Assembly (NCBI GenBank): GCA_002269645.1
Contig: NIVC01002094.1
Span: forward strand, 1 to 64,000
Length of the DNA: 64,000 bases
Origin: Macrostomum lignano
Lineage: Eukaryota
Direction: 5' to 3'
Positions 52,363 to 63,372 of this stretch are shown piece after piece. A program made the translations under genes and the position numbers. The notes under the pieces are model-generated. The model was given only the letters and a program-made list of their open reading frames with translations, was not told the origin of the DNA and searched no databases. Positions within the stretch are counted from its first letter, which is position 1; each line of letters begins with the position of its first letter.

Positions 52363-54043
52363 GTGTGTGATTGGGGAATCTGCAGATCGACGGCTTTGGT
52401 GTGTGATTGGGCAACCTGAAAGATGTGTGATTGGGGAATCTGAAGGCTGTTGTGTGTGATTGGGGAATCTGAAGGCTGTGGTGTGCGATTGAGGAATCTG
52501 AAAGCTGTTGTGTGTGATTGGGGAATCTGAAGGCTGTTGTGTGTGATTGGGGAATCTGAAGGCTGTTGTGTGTGATTTGGGAATCTGAAGGCTGTTGTGT
52601 GTGATTTGGGAATCTGAAGGCTGTTGTGTGTGATTTGGGAATCTGAAGGCTGTTGTGTGTGATTGGGGAATCTGAAGGCTGTTGTGTGTGATTTGGGAAT
52701 CTGAAGGCTGTTGTGTGTGATTGGGGAATCTGAAGGCTGTTGTGTGTGATTTGGGAATCTGAAGGCTGTTGTGTGTGATTTGGGAATCTGAAGGCTGTTG
52801 TGTGTGATTGGGGAATCTGAAGGATGTTGTGTGTGATTTGGGAATCTGAAGGCTGTTGTGTGTGATTGGGGAATCTGAAGGCTGTTGTGTGTGATTTGGG
52901 AATCTGAAGGCTGTGGTGTGTGATTTGGGAATCTGAAGGCTGTGGTGTGTGATTTGGGAATCTGAAGGCTGTTGTGTGTGATTGGGGAATCTGAAGGCTG
53001 TTGTGTGTGATTTGGGAATCTGAAGGCTGTGGTGTGTGATTTGGGAATCTGAAGGCTGTTGTGTGTGATTTGGGAATCTGAAGGCTGTGGTGTGTGATTT
53101 GGGAATCTGAAGGCTGTTGTGTGTGATTTGGGAATCTGAAGGCTGTGGTGTGTGATTTGGGAATCTGAAGGCTGTGGTGTGTGATTTGGGAATCTGAAGG
53201 CTGTTGTGTGTGATTTGGGAATCTGAAGGCTGTGGTGTGTGATTTGGGAATCTGAAGGCTGTTGTGTGTGATTTGGGAATCTGAAGGCTGTGGTGTGTGA
53301 TTTGGGAATCTGAAGGCTGTTGTGTGTGATTTGGGAATCTGAAGGCTGTTGTGTGTGATTTGGGAATCTGAAGGCTGTTGTGTGTGATTTGGGAATCTGA
53401 AGGCTGTGGTGTGTGATTTGGGAATCTGAAGGCTGTTGTGTGTGATTTGGGAATCTGAAGGCTGTGGTGTGTGATTTGGGAATCTGAAGGCTGTGGTGTG
53501 TGATTTGGGAATCTGAAGGCTGTGGTGTGTGATTTGGGAATCTGAAGGCTGTTGTGTGTGATTTGGGAATCTGAAGGCTGTGGTGTGTGATTTGGGAATC
53601 TGAAGGCTGTGGTGTGTGATTTGGGAATCTGAAGGCTGTTGTGTGTGATTTGGGAATCTGAAGGCTGTGGTGTGTGATTTGGGAATCTGAAGGCTGTGGT
53701 GTGTGATTTGGGAATCTGAAGGCTGTGGTGTGTGATTTGGGAATCTGAAGGCTGTTGTGTGTGATTTGGGAATCTGAAGGCTGTGGTGTGTGATTTGGGA
53801 ATCTGAAGGCTGTGGTGTGTGATTTGGGAATCTGAAGGCTGTTGTGTGTGATTTGGGAATCTGAAGGCTGTGGTGTGTGATTTGGGAATCTGAAGGCTGT
53901 GGTGTGTGATTTGGGAATCTGAAGGCTGTGGTGTGTGATTTGGGAATCTGAAGGCTGTTGTGTGTGATTTGGGAATCTGAAGGCTGTGGTGTGTGATTTG
54001 GGAATCTGAAGGCTGTGGTGTGTGATTGGGGAATCTGAAGGCT
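52363..54043. repeat. 29-bp minisatellite (tgtgtgatttgggaatctgaaggctgt[t/g]g), ~58 copies
   Basis: Homogeneous tandem units with no spacers; the 638-aa minus-strand ORF is a 3 x 29-bp artefact. Confidence 0.97.
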
Positions 54044-55160
54044 CTTATTTGTGTGGCGTACATGTATAATGCTGAAAATTCAAATAAATGGTTATTATTA
54101 CTTTGTACATTCATCTCAACCCAGTTGTTTTGCAGCACAAAAACATACGAGCGTACTATGGAAGGTTGGCTTACTTGGTTATAATAATCCCGCAATCAGG
54201 ACGTTTGTTTAAAGTTGTTTTTGTTTAAACTAGAGATCTATTCAGCAAGCACAAAAGGACGAACAAATGGACCGAACAGCCAACGAGTAGCTATAGTTGG
54301 TGTCAATGCTTTATAACGTGCCAAGAGCCAAGAGAAAATATTTTAAAATCGGATTACAGCTAAGGAAACTGCTAATGCATCCCAATTTCTTTATTTGAAC
54401 AATTTTCTTCTTAATTTAATTCTGAGAATGTAGGACAAAGTATTCAATTTATAAACGATAGAGTAACGATTAGAATAAAAACTAGGGTAGCTACTCACCC
54501 CTGAGGAGCAAAGGTTAAAATTTCACTGAGCCACTGAGTACAAAGACCACGTGATCAAATAGGAATATAAGATAGCAAACGCAAGGAAGGACGAAGGCAC
54601 AACCTCACTACTCTCCCAGAGAAAAACACGGGGAGAAAACAACGGGATAAAAGATGAAGCTTTCGACAACGCAGAGAATGCAGCGCCTGCCTTACTTGGT
54701 AACTGGCAGGAGGACACTTGATGTCACAGGAGGGCCTTTGCAGCACCAGCTCAGCCCAAGCTCACTTAAGGATCCCAATCCTTAATAATAATAAGGAAGG
54801 TGCAGTTGGAGATCCTTGCCCTGAAGATACATGACCTGCAGACATTGCTGGGAATAACAACAGTCGTTGATGTTGATGTTTAAAAAGTCATCCGGAATTA
54901 TATTTGAACTGAATGCTTCAATCATATTTAAATAAGTAGGCACCGTTAGGTAGGGCTTTGGCCTTGAATGGACTAAATAGTTTCACTCGTCCAATAAAGC
55001 GATTTATGACTTTTTTCATTTAAAGGAATTACCAAAGGCTAAAATATTTTTCCCCAGGAATCGGTTGCACCAGCGACCTTTTCCCCCAGGCAGTCAACAA
55101 GCAATCGCAGTTAAATCTTCATTTCCATCGATCGCATTGAGGGTTGGAATTGTGTCATTA

Positions 55161-56500
55161 CCACTAGGCACCACTAGGCTTGAAGACCATCGAGGCATCT
55201 GCCTTCAGTCCTGTGCAGCGAAACTGTTCAACCGGATGCTGCTTCCGCGGTTGCAGCCCGTGCTGGATCCGTACCTGCGCCCAGAGCAGAACGGGTTCCG
55301 GCCCCATCGCGGCACAGTGGCACAGATCCTGGCTCTTCGCCGAGTCATCGAGGAGGCGCGGATTCGCCAGTCGATCCTGATTCTAATCTTTATTGATTTC
55401 AAGAAGGCATTCGACTCGGTTGTCAGAGCCGTGCTTCCAATGGTGCTCCGCGCGTACAACGTGCCTGAGCAGCTGATCTCCGCCATCATGGCGATGTACC
55501 GTGATACGACAGCTGCTGTGACAACACCGGACGGCCTATCGGACTCCTTTGAGACATCCTCCGGAGTGCTTCAGGGAGATACGCTGGCGCCGTTCCTGTT
55601 CGTCCTGGTGCTTGACTGGTTGCTGCGGACTGCTCTTCCTACCGACGACGACGGCTTTCTGCTGCGGCGACGCGTGGGTCGACGTCAACCGGAGAAGCGG
55701 CTCAGCGTGCTTGGCTACGCCGACGACCTCGCCTGCTATCCTCGACCGTCGATGGCGCCCAACGGCAGCTGGACAGGCTAGTTGCCGTTGCGGCGAGCGT
55801 CGGCCTGGTGGTCAACACGCAGAAGGCCGTTGTGCTCTGCGTGCCGGACGACATCGAGGCTGCAATCTTCTGCCGAGGCGCTGACGGGCAGGCGACCGCG
55901 ATGTCAGCAGTTCGTCTACCTCGACGGTCTGGTTCCAGACGCTCGCGAGGACCTGCGACGCCGCCGCGGGCTTGCCTGGGCTGCCTTTCGTTCTGTGAGG
56001 GCGGTCCTGCAGTCCGAGGCCCGACCGGACCGCCAGAGGGCGGCGCTGTTCCAGGCGGTAATCGAGACCGTCCTGCTCTACAACGCCGAGACCTGGACGC
56101 TGACGGACTCACTCGAACTGCAAGTCGATGCGGCGCACGCTGGCCTGCTGCGCGCCGCCTTCAACATCGGCGTCGAGCGAGTCAACAACGCGGCACTCTA
56201 TCGCCGCGCTGGCCTGCCACGTCCAAGCGATCTGCTGCGAGTCGGCGACTCCAGCTCGCAGGCCATCTCATCCACGCCGAGTCGTACTGCCCACAGCCGG
56301 TGCAGGAGGTGCTGCTGCTCACGCTGCAGGCACCCTACCGGCGAGGTCAAGCGCGAACTCGGCGTTACGTCGACTGTCTGCTGGCTGACGCCGGCGCCCC
56401 GGACACTGCCGGTGGCGCGGCCTTTGTTCGCGCCCAAGCCATGAAGCGCGCCCTGTGACGCTGACTTTTGCCACCCTGACAGCGTATTTTGTTGTTGTTG
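55161..56500 (+). mobile_element. 5'-truncated RTE-type non-LTR retrotransposon, frameshifted RT
   Basis: RT motifs EQNGFRPHRG, FIDFKKAFDSV, GVLQGDTLAPFLF and YADDL. It ends in a (GTT)n tail at ~56490-56500. An 11-bp TSD TTGTGTCATTA lies at 55150-55160 and 56501-56511. Confidence 0.93.
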
Positions 56501-57297
56501 TTGTGTCATTAATTAGCACTTATTATCAAGAGTAATAAAGCTGTGTATTTTTCATTTATTTTGAGCTGACGTCGGCGCCAAAATGATTTTTTCAATTTGA
56601 GTAAAGTATAAAAAGCGCTGTGCTCTAAGCAAGCCTCGTATTTATAGGTTAAAATTTGATTGACCAGTTCAGTGTCAAAAGGTTTGGGGTTATAGGTTTA
56701 GGGTCGGGTCGGGTTTTGGTACCGGGTTGAAAGTTCGGGGTTTGAAAAAATGTTTGGGTCGGGGTTCGGAGTACGTTTACCGGGTTCGAGGTGGGTTTAC
56801 CGGGGTTTGGGGTAGGTTTACCGGGCTAGGGGTAGGTTTTCCGGGATATGTTTTGTCCAAAAAACTGTCGTCCTTAACATCCCTAATACGAGAGACTGAA
56901 ATAAATTTCTTTTCTCAGTGAAGTTTTTGGGAGACAGGATTTGCTGAGTGATTTGGACAATTGAGTTTGCTTTATTTTATTAAATATGAATTAGGAAGTG
57001 TCCTGGACCAAGCCAGGCCAGCAGAGCCTTCGAATGCAGCCCCGTTGTGCATGCAGTGAGCTGAAGTCAGCTGCAAGGCCTCCCCACCGCCTCTGAGAGA
57101 GGCATTCCTTGCTGAAAGCCAGAGCTGCCTGGTTGCCATGGCGACCGCAGCTGCTGCATAATTCAGACTCGGAGCTTTTATATTGGCTCGCATCTGGGCT
57201 TGTACTGGGTGACTGCGGACTGACTTGTGAAATTCCTGAGACCACGGCAGAGTCAGCTGAACTGGTGAGTCTGTTGAGCACGGGAATGAGCTGGGAT

Positions 57298-57565
57298 TCC
57301 GCCCTCTACATCCGCCCTCTGCATCCGCCCTCTACATCCGCCCTCTACATCCGCCCTCTACATCCGCCCTCTACATCCGCCCTCTACATCCGCCCTCTAC
57401 ATCCGCCCTCTACATCCGCCCTCTACATCCGCCCTCTACATCCGCCCTCTACATCCGCCCTCTACATCCACCTTCTACATCCGCCCTCTACATCCGCCCT
57501 CTACATCCGCCCTCTACATCCACCTTCTACATCCGCCCTCTACATCCGCCCTCTACATCCGCCCT
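57298..57565. repeat. 13-bp minisatellite (ctacatccgccct), ~20 copies
   Basis: Directly visible. Confidence 0.95.
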
Positions 57566-57589
57566 CTGTCTCCGCCATCTTCCGGCGCC

Positions 57590-58095
57590 AAACCCGACAT
57601 TCCACACTCAGAGCAAATGCAGCTCCAACCCGACATTCCACACTCAGACCAAATGCAGCTCCAACCCGACATTCCACACTCAGACCAAATGCAGCTCCAA
57701 CCCGACATTCCACACTCAGACCAAATGCAGCTCCAACCCGACATTCCACACTCAGACCAAATGCAGCTCCAACCCGACATTCCACACTCAGACCAAATGC
57801 AGCTCCAACCCGACATTCCACACTCAGACCAAATGCAGCTCCAACCCGACATTCCACACTCAGACCAAATGGAGCTCCAACCCGACATTCCACACTCAGA
57901 CCAAATGCAGCTCCAACCCGACATTCCACACTCAGACCAAATGCAGCTCCAACCCGACATTCCACACTCAGACCAAATGCAGCTCCAACCCGACATTCCA
58001 CACTCAGACCAAATGCAGCTCCAACCCGACATTCCACACTCAGACCAAATGCAGCTCCAACCCGACATTCCACACTCAGACCAAATGAAGCTCCA
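57590..58095 (+). repeat. 36-bp minisatellite, ~14 copies, overlapping the start codon of the fibrinogen-domain gene
   Basis: Unit cccgacattccacactcagaccaaATGcagctccaa; an in-frame ATG occurs every 36 bp from 57617 to 58085. Confidence 0.95.
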
Positions 58096-59121
58096 AGTCG
58101 CTCGTCAAGTCGCTCTGCTGCTGCTGCTGGCTGCAGTGCTGCATCACGATCACGTGACCGAAGCCGCCGCCGACTCCGGGCAGATGTGGCAGTCGAGCCG
58201 CGAGAGCCTCTCCGACTACGAGGCCGTGAGGTCGCTGTCAGCCCGAGGCGAAGTTGAATGCGCGGTGCGTGCCAGCAGCGACTCCCCTGTGCACCTGATG
58301 TCGTTCAGCGCCAGATCCAGCCTGTGCGCTCACTTCAGGTGCCGCCTGGGCCTGAGCCACTGCAGCAAGTGCCGCAATGCGAACAAGGGAGCTCAGCGGG
58401 TGCGGGTGAGTCACTCAGTTGGACATGTCAGCGTTAACGCAGAGTAGAAGAGCTGGTGCACCTGTGCACCTGTCACCTTGCAGACAGCCGGCAGTGACTG
58501 CTGGACCACCGTGCAGCACAGGCTGTCCGGCTCAGTGGACTTTTACCGCAACTGGACTCAGTACCAGAGCGAGTTCGGCGAGGGACCCGACGGAAACTAC
58601 TGGATCGGTGAGTGCATCCCGGATGTGCTGCATGCGCTTGCTTTTCCAGTTCGGATTTCAATGACAAGCAACGCCATGACGCCTGCATCTTCCCAGGACT
58701 GAACTCTCTCCACGCTCTCACTGCTTCTGCTCCTCGGAAGCTGAGGATCCTGATGAAGGCGTGGAACGACTCTGAGCACTGGGCCGAGTACTCCAGCTTC
58801 TCCGTGGGTCCCGAGTCCGACAACTACCGGCTGAGCGTCTCCGGCTTCTCCGGCAGCGCCGGCATCGGCGACAGCCTCACCCACAGCAGCGGCATGCAGT
58901 TCAGCACGAAGGACGCCGATCACGACACCGATCCTACTGACAACTGCGCAATCCGTTTTAAAGGTGCCTGGTGGTTCAAAGACTGTTTCCACACCCACCC
59001 GAACGGAGAGTACAAAAACTCATCTGCTGCCATCGGAGGTGCTTTAAATAAGGGAGTTATTTAGCATGGCAACTTTGGCGCTTACTACTCGCTGAAGGAG
59101 ATCGAGATGCTGCTTCTGTAG
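58085..59121 (+). CDS. Secreted fibrinogen-related (FReD) protein with signal peptide and a Cys-containing N-terminal domain; in-frame TAG at 59062-59064
   Basis: Exons 58085-58405, 58484-58607 and 58697-59121 (phases 0,1). [19 protein letters not shown] is signal-like. FReD motifs: [40 protein letters not shown] and YSLKEIEM. Confidence 0.9.
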
Positions 59122-59639
59122 CAGCACCAGCGTGATGGCAGAGAAGCTGCCGCTGCTGCAACCGCGAATTCGAGCGTTCGAAGCAACTTTTTGACATTTC
59201 CTGACATTTGCGCAAACTGAAATATTTTGCTGCAGTGCGAGGACAGCCGCGAGATGAAGCGGTCGATGCTGATAATGAAAATACACAAGCTCAGAATGTC
59301 CACCTTGAGAAAAATTAAAATTTCCGGATTAAAAATCAAATTCTACATTTTTTAAATTTCTTCAAATAAATTTCACCCGATGTTGAGTCTCGCCATGGAG
59401 AGCTTAAGTACAAGGACTATATACTCTGAGATCCCGACCAGTTTCTCTGCAACATGCTGCTTTAATATTATTATTATTATGGTGAGATACATTGAGGCTG
59501 AGAATAGATTATGGTGAGATGCGATGAAGCTGAGAATAGATTGTGGTGGAATAAGCTGCCCATGATTTTATAAAGTGGAACATGTTTATTCTGATTGACT
59601 GAACTGATTTGTTTAAGCGCATTTCAATTTTCTGTTCTA

Positions 59640-60355
59640 GAGAGAGGGAGGGGAGGTGGGAGTGAGGGAGGGAAAGAATGGGGAAGAAGATGGAGAGAGG
59701 GAGGGAAAGAATGGGGAAGAAGATGGAGAGAGGGAGGGAAAGAATGGGGAAGAAGATGGAGAGAGGGAGGGAAAGAATGGGGAAGAAGATGGAGAGAGGG
59801 AGGGAAAGAATGGGGAAGATGGGAGAGAGGGAGGGAAAGAATGGGGAAGATGGGAGAGAGGGAGGGAAAGAATGGGGAAGATGGAGAGAGGGAGGGAAAG
59901 AATGGGGAAGATGGAGAGAGGGAGGGAAAGAATGGGGAAGATGGAGAGAGGGAAGGAAAGAATGGGGAAGATGGAGAGAGGGAAGGAAAGAATGGGGAAG
60001 ATGGAGAGAGGGAGGGAAAGAATGGGGAAGATGGAGAGAGGGAGGGAAAGAATGGGGAAGAAGATGGAGAGAGGGAGGGAAAGAATGGGGAAGAAGATGG
60101 AGAGAGGGAGGGAAAGAATGGGGAAGAAGATGGAGAGAGGGAGGGAAAGAATGGGGAAGAAGATGGAGAGAGGGAGGGAAAGAATGGGGAAGAAGATGGA
60201 GAGAGGGAGGGAAAGAATGGGGAAGAAGATGGAGAGAGGGAGGGAAAGAATGGGGAAGAAGATGGAGAGAGGGAGGGAAAGAATGGGGAAGAAGATGGAG
60301 AGAGAGAGAGGGAAAGAATGGGGAAGAAGATGGAGAGAGGGAGGGAAAGAATAGG
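59640..60355. repeat. Purine-rich 33/30-bp minisatellite (ggagagagggagggaaagaatggggaag[aag]at)
   Basis: Blocks of 33-bp and 30-bp units; the overlapping ORFs are artefacts. Confidence 0.95.
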
Positions 60356-60360
60356 GAAAA

Positions 60361-60569
60361 AATCGCGCATTTTGAGCAGTTTTTTTGCACTTTTAGGTAG
60401 GAAGACTTGAGTTTAGGAAATTTTAAGGTAGCCTATGACACTTTCCGTAGTGAATTTAGGGCGGGTGCAAAATTTGGTGTAATTTGGTCGAGCGGTTTGG
60501 GAGTCTATAGCGAAGTAATTTGTACACAGACACACAGACACACAGAGTTTTGATTTTTATAGGTATAGA
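60361..60569 (-). mobile_element. Dispersed Helitron-like family, copy 3 (5' part)
   Basis: Reverse complement reads A|TCTATACCTATAAAAATCAAAACTCTGTGTGTC... and is colinear with the 29558 and 36614 copies. Confidence 0.6.
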
Positions 60570-61644
60570 TTTATTTTCTGCCAAGTTGCTTTTCAGAATC
60601 AGTTGTATCAGGAATTCTTTCAGAACAATTGCTAAAATATTTACCCATACTTTTCATGGCTTACAGTTCGCCTTCTTTCAATCGCAATGCCAAAGTGGTG
60701 ACAAATCACTGACCGTGCATTATTGAATTTCAGTTCCATTGCCCGGAATACCCTAATGCTTGACGAATTGCAACTATATTAGTGAATCTGATAAGTCCCC
60801 AATTACAATTTGATGGTGGGGAATGATTCCCAGTTTTCAGCAGCTTTGCCAGGACGGCAGTGGCGCAACCAAGATTTTCAACACCGCATGGATCCCTGTC
60901 GCTGCGTGCCGGAGAAACTGCCGTCACTCTTGATGCACTGCCACTGGCTGATTAGTTTAGTAGGGCGGTACAATTAGGACATGCATTGAACATATTTTAT
61001 ATTGATTTTCTCTTAGTGTATTTTTTTACATTTCTGCTATCAGTAGAGCGTCAAATAAAAGTTTTTGTTTTTTTGTTGTACTTGTGTATTTTAATTGATT
61101 AAACTGTCAGCCTGTTAGATACGCCGGTCCAGCCAAAATCGTATAAATATGAACACTCTGGAGCGGTCAACAGCTCAATTACTTCTCCACTTAGCAAGTA
61201 CTCAATATTCACGTCTTGTACGCCAGGGCTTGTCCTTGATTGTACTAAAACTTCACTTGCTTGTTGTACATCGGTCGTGTGACTTGATTGTTCATTTGAT
61301 GACAGTGTGAATCGGATTAATTTTAGTAAATTACGAGCGTACTGCTCCTGCATCTCTCACCCCGCTGAGCAGAGCAGCTGCCGGGCCCACTGGCACCCAA
61401 CCAGGCCTCAGACACAGCCGCTGGGTCAGAGAAGAGAATCGGCCTCAGTCCATTTAAACAAATGTCTCTGCACAGGGAGAGCTCAGAGATTTCAGTCCGT
61501 GACAGCGGGACTTTTGCTGCTGCTGCTGAGCTGGCAGGCGAATTCGCTTGAAGAAGAGCAAAGCACTCAGTTTAAAGTCGTGTGGAACAGCTGCGGCAGA
61601 CAGCAGATCGGCAGAGAAGCGCTGCTAGGAGAAGCTGTGTAGCC

Positions 61645-62787
61645 ATGGCAACACAGATGGAGCGGAAGCTGAGAGCGGCGCTGGAGGCTGGAGACAGCGA
61701 GGAGCTGCAGCGACTGTGCGGTGAGGTCGGCAGCAACATCGAGCTGGAGGTGGGCGGGTTCGACACGCAAGACTTTCCCTTAGAAGAGCTTCGCATGCCG
61801 CTGGCCCATCACGTGGCCTGCAAGCCGGTGAGCTCGTCGTGCCTGGAGCTGCTGATTAACAGATTCGGACTCGACTGTCTGACACATGGAAATGATAGGG
61901 GCGAGACTCCAGTGGACTTGGCTGCCCAGCATCAGGACGAATCTTGGATGGAGCTGGTTAAAGAAAAGGGAGGCAGAGGCTGCTTGAGAATTGTCGATGG
62001 ATGGAGACAGTCAGTCGCTCACTTTGCCGCTATGAACAGAAAAAGCAACTCTTGTCTAAGGTGGCTGGTGAAGGAGCTCGGCAGCGACTGTCTCACAGCT
62101 CCTGACAAACTCGGTGACATGGCCGTCCATTTTGCCGCTAAGCATCAGGGCATCGAGTCACTGGAGTGGATCAAGAGACAGATCGGAACTGACTACTTTC
62201 GGCAGAAGGGGGGGGTTCTGGAAGAGAACAGCATTTCACTTTGCTGCTCAGAAGTCTGACAATTCAAATCTGAAGTGGCTGGTGAGGGAGCTCGGCAGCG
62301 ACTGTCTCACAGTTCCTGACAAACACGGTGACACGGCCGTCCATTTGGCCGCTCAGCATCAGGGCACCGAGTCGCTGGAGTGGATCAAGAATCAGATCGG
62401 AACTGACTGCTTTCGGCAGAAGGAAAAGCGGAAAAGAACAGCATTTCACTTTGCTGCTGAGAAGTCTGACAATTCAAATCTGAAGTGGCTGGTGAAGGAG
62501 CTCGGCAGCGACTGTCTCACAGTTCCTGACAAATACGGAAACATGGCCGTCCATTTAGCCGCTCAACATCAACCAGTCGACTCTCTTCAGTTCATTTTTG
62601 ACCAAATTGCAGCCGAAATGTTCAGCTTGAAGAACAACAGGGGCGAAACACCGACTGATGTTGTTGAGAGTAATCGGTGCCGCACAGACCAGTCAGCAAA
62701 GCGGGCCTGGATTTCCTCCACGCAGCCGCAGCTCGAAGCCTCTAGGCCTCCCGCTGGCAGCTCAGCGCCGACTGCCGCCTCAGCTGG
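61645..62787 (+). CDS. Ankyrin-repeat exon (~8 long, alternating repeats) of a second ANK-kinase gene; +1 frameshift in the G8 run at 62208-62215
   Basis: Motifs GETPVDLAA, AHFAA, AVHFAA, AFHFAA and AVHLAA. Removing one G joins the two ORFs. The exon ends GG|GTGAGT (phase 2). Confidence 0.85.
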
Positions 62788-63372
62788 GTGAGTCCTGACT
62801 GAGAACTGCTGCCTCAGCTGGGTGAGTCCTGACTGAGAGCTGCTGCCTGACACTTAAAATACTGAAAATATTGTTTGGCGAAAATTCATTGCACCTTGAT
62901 GATCGGCGCCCTGAAATTCTCAGCAGCGCCGCAGTCAAGCGAAGGCGTCATGAATCTGTCACTGCAGCTCCTCATGGGACCCCGAACCCCCACCCAAAGC
63001 TCAATCTGCAGGAATTTTTTAGCACAAAGCATCAGCGAGTTTAAGTGCCATCAAACTCTCCGATTTTAGTAGAAATGTACTTAATGTGACGTTCCAAATA
63101 TTGTCACTTAAATGACTTCAGAGCCTCCAATCTCTTCGTGGGACCGCAATCTCCCGATTGCGTCTCTAATGTCCATATAGCGCCACCCAAAGCTCAATCT
63201 GCAGTGCAGCTTCTTATTTACCACAGGGTGTGTACATGTACAAGATTTACTTCGACAAGCCTCTTGTACTGGCGTGAGTTCATTCAGCTCACACTGCTAA
63301 AGCACACAGCTACAGCACACACAGCTAGAGCATGCAAATCATCCCTAATTGCCTCAATTCGCATCCCATCAG

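Noticed and set aside
52279-54195. 638-aa ORF, and a CRISPR-like look of the 29-bp array
   Set aside because: It is a pure tandem repeat with no unique spacers and no cas genes, in eukaryotic context.
56690-56850. G-rich gggtt/cgggt cluster, possible G-quadruplex or promoter
   Set aside because: It resembles subterminal repeats of a decayed DNA transposon; there is no evidence of function.
51255-58085. Splicing of the cGLR gene onward to the fibrinogen gene via TG|GTGCTT near 51259
   Set aside because: The donor is weak, and the FReD gene has its own ATG and signal peptide.
59509-60410. Overlapping 230-290-aa ORFs on both strands
   Set aside because: They are artefacts of the 33/30-bp minisatellite.
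60858-60946. CAGTGGCG...TGCCACTG hAT-like mini element
   Set aside because: The inverted match is only ~7 bp and there is no TSD.
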